From: Gammaproteobacteria bacterium
Lineage (GTDB): Bacteria > Pseudomonadota > Gammaproteobacteria > Poriferisulfidales > GCA-002705445
Direction of reading: 5' to 3'
NCBI GenBank assembly: GCA_018674175.1
Contig: JABHAT010000001.1
Location: forward strand, 7,787-71,786
DNA length: 64,000 nt
Under the pieces are notes generated by a model. That model saw nothing but the letters and a program-made list of their open reading frames with translations, was not told the origin of the DNA and made no database searches. A program made the translations under genes and the position numbers. Positions within the stretch are counted from its first letter, which is position 1, and the number at the start of each line of letters is the position of its first letter. Positions 36,985 through 47,994 of the stretch are shown piece by piece.

Positions 36985-38430
36985 ATGCAAATTAAATCTG
37001 TAATTAGAATTCTTGGGTTATTATTGATGCTTTTTAGTTTAGCTATAATACCTCCAATTATCGTAAGCATAATATATCAAGATAATGAAACATGGTCTTT
37101 CTTCTACGCCTTGATTCTAATTTTAGTATCAGGTCTATTTCTTTGGCTGCCTTCAATGCAAGCTAAGACTGATATGAAGCTTAGAGATGGTTTTATAATT
37201 GTAGTTTTATTTTGGTTTGTTTTAAGTACTTTTGCATCTTTACCAATGATTCTAAGTGAATCACTTGATATATCTATTACCAACGCAATATTTGAGTCAG
37301 TTTCAGGGCTGACAACTACCGGGGCCACAATATTAAAAGATATTGATAGTCTTCCAGAATCTATATTATTTTATAGGCAATATTTGCAGTGGCTTGGTGG
37401 TTTGGGAATTATAGTTTTAGCAGTGGCAGTTCTTCCAATGCTAGGAGTTGGAGGGATGCATTTATATAAAGCTGAAGTTGCTGGCCCTATAAAAAATAAA
37501 ATTACCCCAAGAATTACTGAAACTGCTAAATGGCTTTGGGTGGTCTATTTAACAATGACCTTTTTTTGTGCTCTAGGTTACTATATTGCTGGTATGAGTG
37601 CTTTTGATTCTATATGTCACAGTTTTTCTACTATAGCTATTGGAGGATTTTCAACTCACAATGAAAGTTTTGGCTATTATAATAACCAATGGATTGAGTT
37701 GGTTGCTATTTTCTTTATGATTGCAGCATGCTTGAATTTTAGCTTGCATTATCTAGCTTTTAAAAATAAATCCATATCGGTTTATAAGAATGATAATGAA
37801 GCTTATTTTTTTATATTCCTTATTTTTCTAATATCATTAATAACTATTTTCTATATATATAACCAATCACTAGATATAACTTTGCGGGAAGTTATTAAAA
37901 ATGCTTTCTATGCCATATCAATCTCAACTACTACTGGATTTACAAACTCTAATTACTTTGTTTATGTTGGCTTTCTTCCTTTGTTACTAATACTTTTTAG
38001 TTTTATTGGTGGTTGTGCCGGCTCAACAGCTGGCGGAATGAAAGCTATAAGAATTTTACTTTTGTCAAAACAAGGCTATAGAGAATTAAGAAGACTAGTA
38101 CATCCAAATTCAAAGATAAAAGTTAAAATTGGAAATACAGCTGTTAACGAAAGAACTTTGGAAACCATATGGGGATTTTTTGCTATATACGTATTTGTTT
38201 TTTTAACAGTTCTTCTTCTATTGATGTTTTCAGGGCTAGACTTCCTTACTTCATTTTCTGCTGTTGCAGCAACTATAAATAATCTAGGCCCAGGTCAAGG
38301 TGAAGTTCTCTATAATTACGCCAATATCTCTGACATTAATAAATGGATTTTATCATTATGTATGATTGTTGGTAGGCTTGAAATATTTACTTTACTAGTA
38401 ATATTTATACCGGATTTTTGGAAAAAATAA
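36985..38430 (+). CDS. trkH: Trk potassium uptake system membrane subunit
   Basis: It is a polytopic TrkH family protein (SGLTTTGAT, GGFSTHN, TTTGFT, NLGPG selectivity-filter-like loops). Confidence 0.92.
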   Translation: MQIKSVIRILGLLLMLFSLAIIPPIIVSIIYQDNETWSFFYALILILVSGLFLWLPSMQAKTDMKLRDGFIIVVLFWFVLSTFASLPMILSESLDISITNAIFESVSGLTTTGATILKDIDSLPESILFYRQYLQWLGGLGIIVLAVAVLPMLGVGGMHLYKAEVAGPIKNKITPRITETAKWLWVVYLTMTFFCALGYYIAGMSAFDSICHSFSTIAIGGFSTHNESFGYYNNQWIELVAIFFMIAACLNFSLHYLAFKNKSISVYKNDNEAYFFIFLIFLISLITIFYIYNQSLDITLREVIKNAFYAISISTTTGFTNSNYFVYVGFLPLLLILFSFIGGCAGSTAGGMKAIRILLLSKQGYRELRRLVHPNSKIKVKIGNTAVNERTLETIWGFFAIYVFVFLTVLLLLMFSGLDFLTSFSAVAATINNLGPGQGEVLYNYANISDINKWILSLCMIVGRLEIFTLLVIFIPDFWKK

Positions 38431-38431
38431 T

Positions 38432-39361
38432 TTAATCTATTTTATAAATATTTTCTTTTACTCCACTTCTATTTCTAAACCTTTCATAAGACCATAAATA
38501 CTGAGAGATATTCTTACTAACTAAATTCTCGATTGTTTTATTTAATAAATCTGCAGCTCCAACCTCATCAAGATCATAAAATTCTTTATTGATAGCATCC
38601 AAATGTATATCAAACCCTTTACTTTTTGAAAGACGTTCTGCGTATACATAAATTATTGGTACCTTATTTTTTTTTCCAAGCTTATATATTAGTGATGTTG
38701 TATTAACTGGTATATTATAAAATTTTGACATTGTTCCTTGATTAATTTTGGGCGTATGGTCAGGCAAAATTCCGATACCACAATTATTTTTCAAAGCTTT
38801 TAGTAATTTTTTGACCCCGCTATTATCAGTTTCTACTAACTTAGCTCCCGTGGCCTGTCTTCCAATATAAACAAAATCGTTTAGCACTTTATTTCTCAAT
38901 GGTTTAAACATTGTATATGTCCTTATCTTACTTGCTACAAATAAACCACTTAGCTCCCACGAACCATGATGTGGCGTCATAAATATAATTCCATTATTTT
39001 CTTTAGCGCAATTCTCAATACAATTTTTGTTATGGATATTATTTATAAATTTATCAATATTATTATCTGAGAATCTATACAGATACGGAGATTCCAGTAA
39101 TGACTTTAAATATTCGACTAAACTTTTTCTGGCTGTTTTTTCTATCCACTCGCTTGATTTTTCTGGAAAACAGATACTTAGATTTTTGTGAGCTACCATA
39201 TATTTTTTACTATTATCAGAATAAAGTATAATAGCTAATATATTTGCCAATTTATGAGTAATAGATAATCTGCATAAACTGAGTAAATATAGGCATATTT
39301 TTTGTATTGTGCTAATTATCATCATTTTAGTGTATATTGTATAAAATTTAATTATACTCAA
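38432..39361 (-). CDS. Lipid A biosynthesis (Kdo)2-lipid IVA acyltransferase family protein (LpxL/HtrB-like)
   Basis: The HX4E acyltransferase motif ([10 protein letters not shown]) and an N-terminal TM helix are present. The start is uncertain; the alternative ATGs near 39325 would shorten it. Confidence 0.7.
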   Translation of the reverse strand: MSIIKFYTIYTKMMIISTIQKICLYLLSLCRLSITHKLANILAIILYSDNSKKYMVAHKNLSICFPEKSSEWIEKTARKSLVEYLKSLLESPYLYRFSDNNIDKFINNIHNKNCIENCAKENNGIIFMTPHHGSWELSGLFVASKIRTYTMFKPLRNKVLNDFVYIGRQATGAKLVETDNSGVKKLLKALKNNCGIGILPDHTPKINQGTMSKFYNIPVNTTSLIYKLGKKNKVPIIYVYAERLSKSKGFDIHLDAINKEFYDLDEVGAADLLNKTIENLVSKNISQYLWSYERFRNRSGVKENIYKID

Positions 39362-39385
39362 CTTTTAACATATTTTTATATAATA

Positions 39386-39982
39386 ATGAGCAAAAGAGAA
39401 GCGTCCATAAAACGTAAAACTAATGAAACAGATATTGAGCTAAGCCTCAATATTGACGGAACTGGTATATGTAAAATTGAAACAGGTATGCCTTTTTTTG
39501 AGCATATGTTGGAACAAATCTGCAGACATGGTCAAATAGATCTTAATATCATTGCAAAAGGAGATCTTGAAGTTGATGCACACCACACTGTTGAAGATGT
39601 TGGCATATGTTTTGGCCAAGCTTTTGACAAAGCTATTGGTGGGAAAGAAGGAATCAATAGATACGGTCATGCTTATGTTCCTTTGGATGAAGCTCTTTCA
39701 AGAGTAGTAATAGATTTTTCTGGAAGACCAGGAGTAGAGTATTCGGCAACATATCCAAGACAATATATTAATGACTTTGACGTTGACCTAATCCATGAGT
39801 TTTTTCAAGGGTTTTGTAATCATGCAATGGTAACTCTTCATATAGATAATTTAAAAGGAGAAAATGGTCACCACATAGCAGAAACTATATTCAAGGCATT
39901 TGGAAGAGCTTTTAGATATGCAAAAGAAGTTGATTTTTTAAATAACGGGAATAAACCGCCTTCTACAAAAGGCGTTCTTTAA
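39386..39982 (+). CDS. hisB: Imidazoleglycerol-phosphate dehydratase (monofunctional)
   Basis: [16 protein letters not shown] and the HHTVEDVGI and HHIAET metal-site motifs are present. The start is moved to the ATG at 39386; the track ORF from 39302 adds an implausible extension that overlaps the lpxL-like gene. Confidence 0.93.
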   Translation: MSKREASIKRKTNETDIELSLNIDGTGICKIETGMPFFEHMLEQICRHGQIDLNIIAKGDLEVDAHHTVEDVGICFGQAFDKAIGGKEGINRYGHAYVPLDEALSRVVIDFSGRPGVEYSATYPRQYINDFDVDLIHEFFQGFCNHAMVTLHIDNLKGENGHHIAETIFKAFGRAFRYAKEVDFLNNGNKPPSTKGVL

Positions 39983-39998
39983 TAATAGGCGATAAAAA

Positions 39999-40622
39999 TT
40001 GGATACTATTGCTATCATAGACTATGGAATGAGCAATTTGAGTTCTGTTGTAAAAGCTACTAAATATGTCGCGCCTAATGAAAAAGTAATAATCTCATCT
40101 GACTCAAACGAAATAAATAACGCGGATAAAATAATCTTTCCAGGACAAGGCGCTGCAAAAAAATGTATGGAATCTATTTATGATAAGAATCTTTCTAAAG
40201 TTATAAAAAAAAGTTCACAAGAAAAACCATTTTTAGGAATATGTATGGGAATGCAGGTATTAATGGATCACAGCGATGAAAATAGTGGTACAGAGTGCCT
40301 TTCAATAATAGAAGGAAAGGTTGAAAAATTTAAAAGTAACAAAAATAATAAAATAAAAATTCCACATATGGGATGGAATAAAATTACAAAAAAAAAGGAT
40401 CATCCTATATGGCATAAAATTGATGAACAGTCATATTTTTATTTTGTTCATAGTTATTTTATTAAGCCTTACGAAGAAGATTATATATTGGGCGAAACAA
40501 ATCACGGTAAGGATTTTTGCTCTGTTATAGCAAAAGATAATATTATTGCTATTCAGGGGCACCCTGAAAAAAGCTCCTCAGCAGGGCTACAATTTTTAAA
40601 GAATTTTATAGGGACGAAATAA
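39999..40622 (+). CDS. hisH: Imidazole glycerol phosphate synthase, glutaminase subunit
   Basis: The triad context is GICMGMQ and QGHPEKS. The start codon is TTG. Confidence 0.92.
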   Translation: MDTIAIIDYGMSNLSSVVKATKYVAPNEKVIISSDSNEINNADKIIFPGQGAAKKCMESIYDKNLSKVIKKSSQEKPFLGICMGMQVLMDHSDENSGTECLSIIEGKVEKFKSNKNNKIKIPHMGWNKITKKKDHPIWHKIDEQSYFYFVHSYFIKPYEEDYILGETNHGKDFCSVIAKDNIIAIQGHPEKSSSAGLQFLKNFIGTK

Positions 40623-40629
40623 AAATATT

Positions 40630-41367
40630 ATGAAAATAATACCTGCAATAGATATACAAAATGGGAATTGCGTCAGACTAAAACAAGGTGATTTTTCCCA
40701 AGAAACAATATTTCATGATAATCCTGTTGATATGGCAAAAAAATGGGCAGAAGAAGGTGCAGAACGACTTCATCTTGTAGATCTTGATGGAGCTAGACTC
40801 GGTAGTCCTGTAAATATCAAAATAGTATCAGATATATGCAAAAGTATTCCTAATATTCCCATACAGATTGGTGGTGGAATTAGAGATATAGAGACTGCAG
40901 AGAGATACCTAGAGACGGGGGCAAGTTTTATTATTATTGGAACTAAAGCTGTTGAAGATCCAAATTTTATTAAAGAGCTTTGCAATAAATTCCCTGGGAA
41001 AATTATTGTTGGAGTTGATGCAAAAAATGGAGAGGTAGCGACTGATGGTTGGAAATCTATATCTAATAGAAACGTAGTTGAGCTTTCTAAAGAATTCGAA
41101 GGATACGGTGTAACTGAAATTGTTTATACAGATATTGAAAAAGATGGAATGATGAAAGGGTTAAACATTAATGCAACTTTGAATCTTGCTAAAAATGTTA
41201 ATATACCAATTATTGCTTCTGGAGGTGTTAGCTGTATAGAGGATATAAATCAAATAAGCGCCCATATTAATTCTGGGATTTCAGGAATCATTATTGGAAG
41301 AGCTCTTTACGAAAAAAAGATAAGTATTGAAGAAGCTAAAAAAATATTTTCAAAATTAGATTTATGA
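40630..41367 (+). CDS. hisA: ProFAR isomerase
   Basis: [23 protein letters not shown] and GGGIR are present. Confidence 0.93.
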   Translation: MKIIPAIDIQNGNCVRLKQGDFSQETIFHDNPVDMAKKWAEEGAERLHLVDLDGARLGSPVNIKIVSDICKSIPNIPIQIGGGIRDIETAERYLETGASFIIIGTKAVEDPNFIKELCNKFPGKIIVGVDAKNGEVATDGWKSISNRNVVELSKEFEGYGVTEIVYTDIEKDGMMKGLNINATLNLAKNVNIPIIASGGVSCIEDINQISAHINSGISGIIIGRALYEKKISIEEAKKIFSKLDL

Positions 41368-42146
41368 GTGTTACTAAAAGAATAATTCCTTGTCTAGATG
41401 TTGATAATGGAAGGGTTGTCAAAGGTGTTAAGTTTTTAGATATAGTTGATGCTGGAGATCCTGTAGAAGTTGCAAAAAGATATAATGATCAGGGTGCAGA
41501 TGAAATAACTTTTTTAGATATAACTGCAAGTTCTAGCAATAGAAAAACGATCCTAAAGGTAGTTGAGGATGTGGCATCTCAAGTCTTTATACCACTGACA
41601 GTTGGTGGAGGTATTAGCTCAATTGAAGACATCCGATCATTATTAAATTCAGGTGCAGACAAAATTACAATAAATACTGCCGCGATAAATAATCCTAATC
41701 TTATATCTGACGCAAGTGATGCTGTTGGAAGCCAATGCATTGTTGTTGCCATTGATGCAAAAAGAAAAGTTAGTCAATCTAACGAGATTTATTGGGAAAT
41801 TTATACTCACGGCGGCAGAAATGCTACAGGTATTGATGCTATTGATTGGGCCTCAAATATGGAGTCTAGAGGAGCTGGAGAGCTTTTAGTTACAAGCATG
41901 GATAAAGATGGAACAAAAGAAGGTTTTGACCTAGAATTAATGAAAACTATTAATGATAAAGTCAATATACCTATCATAGCTAGTGGTGGGGTTGGAACAC
42001 TCGAGGATCTGTACGACGGAATAAATATTGGTAAAGCAGATGCGGTTCTTGCAGCAAGTATATTTCATTTTGGGACCTATACTGTCAGAGAAGTAAAAGA
42101 GTATTTACTGAGCAAGGGTATAAATATGAGAATTACTAATGAATGA
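41364..42146 (+). CDS. hisF: Imidazole glycerol phosphate synthase, cyclase subunit
   Basis: [27 protein letters not shown] and VGGGI are present. Confidence 0.95.
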   Translation: MSVTKRIIPCLDVDNGRVVKGVKFLDIVDAGDPVEVAKRYNDQGADEITFLDITASSSNRKTILKVVEDVASQVFIPLTVGGGISSIEDIRSLLNSGADKITINTAAINNPNLISDASDAVGSQCIVVAIDAKRKVSQSNEIYWEIYTHGGRNATGIDAIDWASNMESRGAGELLVTSMDKDGTKEGFDLELMKTINDKVNIPIIASGGVGTLEDLYDGINIGKADAVLAASIFHFGTYTVREVKEYLLSKGINMRITNE

Positions 42147-42456
42147 TATATTAAAAAAATTAAATCTAATCTTAAAAGATAGAAAAGATAAAAGCTCTGA
42201 AAAATCTTATGTAGCCTCACTATATAACAAGGGTTTGAATCATGCTTGTGATAAAATTGAAGAAGAATCAAACGAATTAATCAATGCACTAAAAAATGAA
42301 AGTGACGAGAGAATAGTATCTGAAGCCGCAGATCTGTGGTTTCACAGCTTGGTTTCATTATCTATGAAAAATCTGTCTTCAGATGATATATTGGTAGAAT
42401 TAGAAAAAAGGTTTGGAGTGTCAGGCCATGATGAAAAAAACAGTAGAGATACTTGA
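42139..42456 (+). CDS. hisE: Phosphoribosyl-ATP pyrophosphatase (monofunctional)
   Basis: The 105-aa MazG-like PRA-PH contains [20 protein letters not shown] and EAADLWFH. Confidence 0.88.
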   Translation: MNDILKKLNLILKDRKDKSSEKSYVASLYNKGLNHACDKIEEESNELINALKNESDERIVSEAADLWFHSLVSLSMKNLSSDDILVELEKRFGVSGHDEKNSRDT

Positions 42457-42476
42457 TTAAATAATAGGAGCATAAC

Positions 42477-42632
42477 ATGTCTGGAATAAGCATATGGTCG
42501 TTGTTATTGATTTTTGCAATAGTTCTTTTGCTTTTTGGCACAAAGAAACTTAGAAATATCGGTAGTGATCTTGGCGGCGCTATTAAAAATTTTAAAAAAT
42601 CAGTCAATAATGATAAATCAAATAAAGAATAA
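42477..42632 (+). CDS. tatA: Twin-arginine translocase subunit TatA (51 aa; too short for the ORF track)
   Basis: My own translation is [51 protein letters not shown]. An AGGAG ribosome-binding site lies 7 nt upstream. tatB and tatC follow. Confidence 0.9.
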   Translation: MSGISIWSLLLIFAIVLLLFGTKKLRNIGSDLGGAIKNFKKSVNNDKSNKE

Positions 42633-42646
42633 ATAGGGTGTAGCAA

Positions 42647-42895
42647 ATGTTTGATTTTGGGTTTTGGGAACTTGCACTTATACTCATAATAAGCCTAATA
42701 GTTTTAGGCCCTGAAAGGCTTCCTGTATTTGCATCACAATTAGGATCTTTTGTAAAAAAAATAAAAGATTTTGCTAATAATGTAAAAACAAGTATTGAAA
42801 ATGAGTCAAGAATGAATGATTTAAAAAAAATCATTGAGAAACAAAAAGACGAACTTTCAGAATTTGAAGATAAAATAGATTCAGATGAAAAATAA
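42647..42895 (+). CDS. tatB: Twin-arginine translocase subunit TatB
   Basis: MFDFGFWELALILIISLIVLGPERLP is present. Confidence 0.88.
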   Translation: MFDFGFWELALILIISLIVLGPERLPVFASQLGSFVKKIKDFANNVKTSIENESRMNDLKKIIEKQKDELSEFEDKIDSDEK

Positions 42896-43622
42896 TAGAA
42901 GTACACTTACAGAGCATCTTCTAGAACTTAGAAATAGACTATTAATTATTATTTCCACTATTGCAATATGCGCTTTAGTATTTAGTCCTTTCGCAAATTC
43001 TATATATAATTTTCTGTCCTTGCCGTTGTTAAGCGTTCTTCCAGAAGGCTCTAATATGATTGCTGTTGATGTAGCGTCTCCTTTTTTGGCGCCTTTTAAA
43101 CTTATTTTAATACTTTCTATTGCCGTCACTTTTCCTGTTTCTGTTTATAACTTTTGGGCTTTTATTTCTCCTGGACTTTATAAAAACGAAAAAAAATTAG
43201 TAGCTCCCATTTTAATTTCCAGCACTCTGCTATTTTATTTAGGGATTATTTTTGCTTATTATATTGTGTTCCCACTTATATTTAGCTTTTTTACAAATAT
43301 TGCACCTCAGGGAGTTATGATTGCTACAGATATAACTAGTTTTTTAAATTTTGCCATAAAAATATTTTTTGCATTTGGCTTAGCTTTTGAGGTTCCAATA
43401 ATTACTTTTTTAGTTGTTTTATTTGGTATTAGTACTGTTGAATCTTTATCTAAAAAAAGACCATATATAATCGTTATGGCTTTTGTGCTTGGAATGATAC
43501 TTACCCCTCCTGATGTTATATCTCAAGTTCTTCTTGCAGTTCCAATATGGTTACTTTTTGAGATGGGTTTATTATTTGCTCATTTAATAACTAAAAATAA
43601 AGGCAAGGCAAACAGCAACTAA
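42885..43622 (+). CDS. tatC: Twin-arginine translocase subunit TatC
   Basis: It is a six-TM TatC family protein beginning LTEHLLELRNRL. Confidence 0.93.
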   Translation: MKNNRSTLTEHLLELRNRLLIIISTIAICALVFSPFANSIYNFLSLPLLSVLPEGSNMIAVDVASPFLAPFKLILILSIAVTFPVSVYNFWAFISPGLYKNEKKLVAPILISSTLLFYLGIIFAYYIVFPLIFSFFTNIAPQGVMIATDITSFLNFAIKIFFAFGLAFEVPIITFLVVLFGISTVESLSKKRPYIIVMAFVLGMILTPPDVISQVLLAVPIWLLFEMGLLFAHLITKNKGKANSN

Positions 43623-43664
43623 TTTGCTAAAATCTTTATTTAATATCACTAATCGATATAACTA

Positions 43665-45203
43665 ATGGAAAATTCAAAAATTAAAAGAGCGCTTCTAATT
43701 ATTCTTGACGGAGTTGGAATTGGTCCAATTGGAGATAATAATGGTTGGACATTAGCTGATACCCCAAATATTGACTTACTTCTTAAAGATTATCCTTCAG
43801 CAGCTATTGAAGCTTCTGGTGAAAATGTAGGCTTACCAAAATATCAAATGGGTAACTCTGAAGTTGGGCACATGATTATTGGTTCAGGTAAAATATTTAA
43901 ACAGGATTTAGTTATAATTAATGAAGCAATTGAAGACTCTAGCTTCTTCAGTAACGAGGCTATATTAAATGCTATTTTTTCTGCCAAAGAAAATAATAGT
44001 AGTTTGCATTTATTAGGTCTTGCTTCACCTGGCGGAGTTCATTCTCATATAAACCATCTTCTTTCTATTTTAAAAATATGTAAGTCTTATGGGATATCAC
44101 CTAAGCTTCATCTTTTTACAGATGGGAGAGACTCTGATCCAAAATCTAGTATTGAAATTTTAGATAATCTTGATAAATCTTTAAAAGAATATGGTGGTGA
44201 AATATATACAATTTCAGGTCGGTACTATGCAATGGATAGAGATCAAAGATGGTCTAGAACCGAACTTGCGTGGGATGCTATTGTTAATAATAAAGGCGAA
44301 ACTAGGAAAGATTACCGTGATGCAATTAATAGCTCATATGCTAAAGGTATTACTGATGAGTTTATTTTGCCTACCTCTCTAAACTGCGCGAAGCCATTAC
44401 AAAAAAATGATTCTCTCTTATTTTTTAATTTCCGAAATGATAGAACAAGACAAATTGCTAGAGCATTGAACGTTGAAAGATTTGATAACTTTAAGAGAAC
44501 AAATAATAATATAGCTTATTCTATAACTACAATGACAGAATATGATCCATATCTGTCTTGCCCTGTAGCTTTTAGAACAAAATCACCTTCAGTAACTTTG
44601 GGAAGTGTTATAAGTGATTTAGGATTAAAGCAATTTCACTGTGCAGAAACAGAAAAATATCCGCATGTAACTTATTTTATAAATGGCGGAAGAGAAGAAC
44701 CTTATCCTGGTGAAAAAAGAGTTTTAATACCATCACCTAATGTTGCCACTTATGATCTACAGCCAGAAATGAGCGTTAAAGAGGTCGCAGAAGAGGTAAT
44801 AAGAGCTATAAAAGATACTGAGTATAAATTTATAGTAGTTAATTTTGCTAATGGAGATATGGTGGGCCACACTGCCATTAAAGAAGCTATCATACTAGCT
44901 ATGAGTGAGCTTGATGCAGCTCTAGGGGAGGTTGTATGCGAAGCTATAGGTGCAAATGTCTCCACAATAATTACAGCTGATCATGGCAATGTTGATGAAA
45001 TAAATAATCCAAAAACTGGAAAGCCAAATACTCAGCATTCATTAAATCCAGTACCATTTATTGTCATAGATAATAATCGTGAGTGGCAAATAATAAATGA
45101 TAAGAATGCTGGACTTTCAAATATAGCACCTACATTATTGACACTTATGGGTATAGAAAAACCTAAAGAGATGACTAGCAAAACATTAATAAAAGAAAAT
45201 TAA
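43665..45203 (+). CDS. gpmI: 2,3-bisphosphoglycerate-independent phosphoglycerate mutase
   Basis: LIILDGVGIG, the catalytic Ser context MGNSEVGHM, and ITADHGN are present. Confidence 0.94.
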   Translation: MENSKIKRALLIILDGVGIGPIGDNNGWTLADTPNIDLLLKDYPSAAIEASGENVGLPKYQMGNSEVGHMIIGSGKIFKQDLVIINEAIEDSSFFSNEAILNAIFSAKENNSSLHLLGLASPGGVHSHINHLLSILKICKSYGISPKLHLFTDGRDSDPKSSIEILDNLDKSLKEYGGEIYTISGRYYAMDRDQRWSRTELAWDAIVNNKGETRKDYRDAINSSYAKGITDEFILPTSLNCAKPLQKNDSLLFFNFRNDRTRQIARALNVERFDNFKRTNNNIAYSITTMTEYDPYLSCPVAFRTKSPSVTLGSVISDLGLKQFHCAETEKYPHVTYFINGGREEPYPGEKRVLIPSPNVATYDLQPEMSVKEVAEEVIRAIKDTEYKFIVVNFANGDMVGHTAIKEAIILAMSELDAALGEVVCEAIGANVSTIITADHGNVDEINNPKTGKPNTQHSLNPVPFIVIDNNREWQIINDKNAGLSNIAPTLLTLMGIEKPKEMTSKTLIKEN

Positions 45204-46111
45204 TCAAATACAATTTCGGGTATCTGACCGTTATTAATATTTTCTCCTGAAGCAGAATTATTTAAATCATCAAAAACTAAAGTGCCATTGACAGTATCGT
45301 CTTCTTCATTTGATAACTTAAATTTTTTCTTGTTATTATCAATAATATATTCATCTTGATTAGCTTCAATTTCTTCCGAAATTTCTAGTTTCCCGCCCAA
45401 ATCTTGCCTTACAATTCTATCTTTAGCTAAATCTTTATGAAAGGCTACAATTTCTCTAAAAGTATCTAAAGCATAACTAAAATTTAAACCTGGTTTCAAC
45501 GGAATTAATACTTGTCCTTTATGTTGACCCATTCTTGCTAAGATTTTTTTATTCAGTACTTTGGCATCAAATTTTGTTAGGCCATCCATTCCTCCGATAA
45601 TTCTAGAAGAAACTTCTCCAGTAACCAAAATACTTCTATTTCCAAATACAACTTTTTCTTTAAACTCTTTTTCTGAAACAGTAATATTAGCTAAATTAAC
45701 AATATTTAAAACTGTGGCGCATCCTTCTTTATTAAAGTCAGAGCCTGGTTTTGCTAGACCATCTCTCGCACACTCATAAGTGTGAAAAGATAATTTGTCT
45801 CTTTGAATTTTTATATTCTGAGCTCCTAGTGCTGACTTGAAGAATACTTGTCTCTCTATCCGTATTCTTCTTACATACTCTTCATCTTGTTCGTCTGCAT
45901 ATTCGTCGCTGAACGCTTGATACTTATCAGATTCTTTTTTACTCTCTATTTTGTCACCGCATAAAGAAGTAACTTGGTCGGGCGTAAATCCCTTCTCTAA
46001 ATAATAATTAATATCTTTTTTCTCACAAGCTGCATTGGCATTCATGCTGACAAACAAATATGTTATTAAGATAAATTTATAAATTATTATTTTTTTGAAA
46101 AATTTCATCAT
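45200..46111 (-). CDS. Hypothetical secreted protein
   Basis: It has a signal peptide (FVSMNANAACEKK). I recognise no family. It overlaps the gpmI stop by 4 nt, convergently. Confidence 0.55.
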   Translation of the reverse strand: MMKFFKKIIIYKFILITYLFVSMNANAACEKKDINYYLEKGFTPDQVTSLCGDKIESKKESDKYQAFSDEYADEQDEEYVRRIRIERQVFFKSALGAQNIKIQRDKLSFHTYECARDGLAKPGSDFNKEGCATVLNIVNLANITVSEKEFKEKVVFGNRSILVTGEVSSRIIGGMDGLTKFDAKVLNKKILARMGQHKGQVLIPLKPGLNFSYALDTFREIVAFHKDLAKDRIVRQDLGGKLEISEEIEANQDEYIIDNNKKKFKLSNEEDDTVNGTLVFDDLNNSASGENINNGQIPEIVFD

Positions 46112-46175
46112 TTTAAAATCCTATTTTCCACTGTTTCTATACTTATTATATTAACACTTTATTATAATTTTCTTC

Positions 46176-46205
46176 AAAAAAAAACAGGCGCCATTACAGC
46201 GCCTG
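46176..46205 (-). terminator. Rho-independent terminator of the major porin gene
   Basis: On the minus strand, CAGGCGC-TGTAATG-GCGCCTG is followed by nine T residues. Confidence 0.85.
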
Positions 46206-46233
46206 CTCTTATAATACAAAATTCTAATAAATA

Positions 46234-47550
46234 TTAGAACATTGTTAATATACCAAATTGGATAATTTCAACTTGGTTATTAGTTGTACCAGATCCTAGA
46301 GCACTGATACCAGTTCCGTAAGCACCATGCTCATCATTTTCAACTTCGATGTACGATACGTTTAGTTCTGTTGAATCACCTAATGCATAGAACACACCAA
46401 ATAATGTTGTGTCAGCACCAGTTGTCGCAGAGTTATCTGTTGATAAACCTGTTGCAGACATATCTAATTCATCAGCTTCTGCGTACATGAAACGGAAGTC
46501 AAAGTTTCCACCTGGAGCATATTTACCAGAAACTAAGAACGCGTCACGATCAAATTTAACGTTTGTATTAGCTGTACCACCTGCAAATACTGAACTAGCA
46601 AAACCGAAGTCTTGTAATGCAGCACCTGGAGTTGTTACGTTTTTAAACTCATATTCAACATTTTCAAACATAGCAGATAAAGTCAAGCTCGCTCCATTAC
46701 CTAAATCAGCAATGTAACGTGCTGCTATTCTGTAAGATTCAGCTTCTGAATCTGACATTGTAGCGCCGTCTAGTTTTGTTGCTGCCCACTCATCATGTTT
46801 CTGATAAGTTAAAGCACCCCAGAAAGGACCGTCTGTGTAAGCAATACCCATAGAATAAATCACTGGGTCAGTTTTCACGCTGCCTCTTGCTGAAGTTGCA
46901 TCTGTTTTGTTATCAGCTGTCATAGCAAATCTATAAGATAGTTTGCCTGAAGAACCCATATATTGAAGGATTTCTTCTTGACGTCTGTTGAAGCCCATGT
47001 TGTAGATCCCACCATAAGCACTATAAGATGTGAATGTTTGTGAACCAAAATCTCCTAAGTTATAAAAGATTGTGTATGCACCAACAGAACCCATAATGTT
47101 TGTGTGAGAAGCTGAACCAGCGTCATACCATGGATCAACCCAACCAGCTACCATTTCGTTGTAAGGTAATAACCAGTTAGCGAACATTATTTCACCAAAT
47201 GATCCTGAAATACCTACTTTAGAGTTACGGTTACACCAACCACCTGTTCCAGCATAGTCGTTCATGTATGTGAACTGTTCACAACGCCATGTAACTTTTA
47301 AGCCTTCGATTCCTGTATCAACGAAACCAAGAAAACCAATGTTACCAGCATTACCATTAATCATAGTTCTATCAACTTGCGAACCTTCCGCACCTGATTC
47401 AACTATTTCATAGGTATGATTTTGCCAACCGTAGATTGTAATTGGATCCCCGTAAGGTCCAACTCCACCGCCGCCCCAGCCTGCGTTTGCAGTAACTGGA
47501 AGCATGGCCAATGCTCCGGCTAGCATACTTGCTAAGATTTTTATTTTCAT
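46234..47550 (-). CDS. Gram-negative general porin family outer-membrane protein
   Basis: It has a signal peptide (AMLPVTANA). It is rich in Gly and aromatic residues with an alternating pattern, and ends in the C-terminal Phe of GILTMF. G+C is elevated and it has a strong terminator, suggesting high expression. Confidence 0.8.
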   Translation of the reverse strand: MKIKILASMLAGALAMLPVTANAGWGGGGVGPYGDPITIYGWQNHTYEIVESGAEGSQVDRTMINGNAGNIGFLGFVDTGIEGLKVTWRCEQFTYMNDYAGTGGWCNRNSKVGISGSFGEIMFANWLLPYNEMVAGWVDPWYDAGSASHTNIMGSVGAYTIFYNLGDFGSQTFTSYSAYGGIYNMGFNRRQEEILQYMGSSGKLSYRFAMTADNKTDATSARGSVKTDPVIYSMGIAYTDGPFWGALTYQKHDEWAATKLDGATMSDSEAESYRIAARYIADLGNGASLTLSAMFENVEYEFKNVTTPGAALQDFGFASSVFAGGTANTNVKFDRDAFLVSGKYAPGGNFDFRFMYAEADELDMSATGLSTDNSATTGADTTLFGVFYALGDSTELNVSYIEVENDEHGAYGTGISALGSGTTNNQVEIIQFGILTMF

Positions 47551-47994
47551 TAGGACTCCTAATAATTGTCTTAATTATATTTTTAAGAAGGTTCAACCAA
47601 AATTAAATATCCCCCTCCACTAAAATGCCATCTATACATCTTGTTATAAATATTTGCACATAAAATCAGTACATATACAGACCTCTCCATGTCTATAGCA
47701 TTTCCTACATTACTGCAGGATTCTTCGATTCTGAACGTTCTTAAGCATCAAGTCAATAGATATTCCTTATTTTATGCGGCAAATCTTCAGTAAAATCAAT
47801 TATATATAAGAGTTTACTAATACAGCTTATTATGATTTTCTAATTAAGATTATATTTAGTTCTACTATAAACGCTGTCAAAACAATGAATTAAAAGACGA
47901 TTGCTCTTGATAGTTATTAATTATTTCCTAACTCTGTATTATTTTATGTAGTAAACATGTAATATTACTTTTTTAATTTTTTAAAACTTTATCT

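Noticed and set aside
39302-39385. Upstream extension of the hisB ORF
   Set aside because: The extension overlaps the divergent lpxL-like gene start. Its translation ([18 protein letters not shown]...) is unlike any HisB N-terminus. The canonical [15 protein letters not shown] begins at 39386.
42362-43129. Minus-strand ORFs 42362-42646, 42604-42906 and 42881-43129
   Set aside because: They lie opposite the hisE, tatA, tatB and tatC genes, which have clear family signatures.
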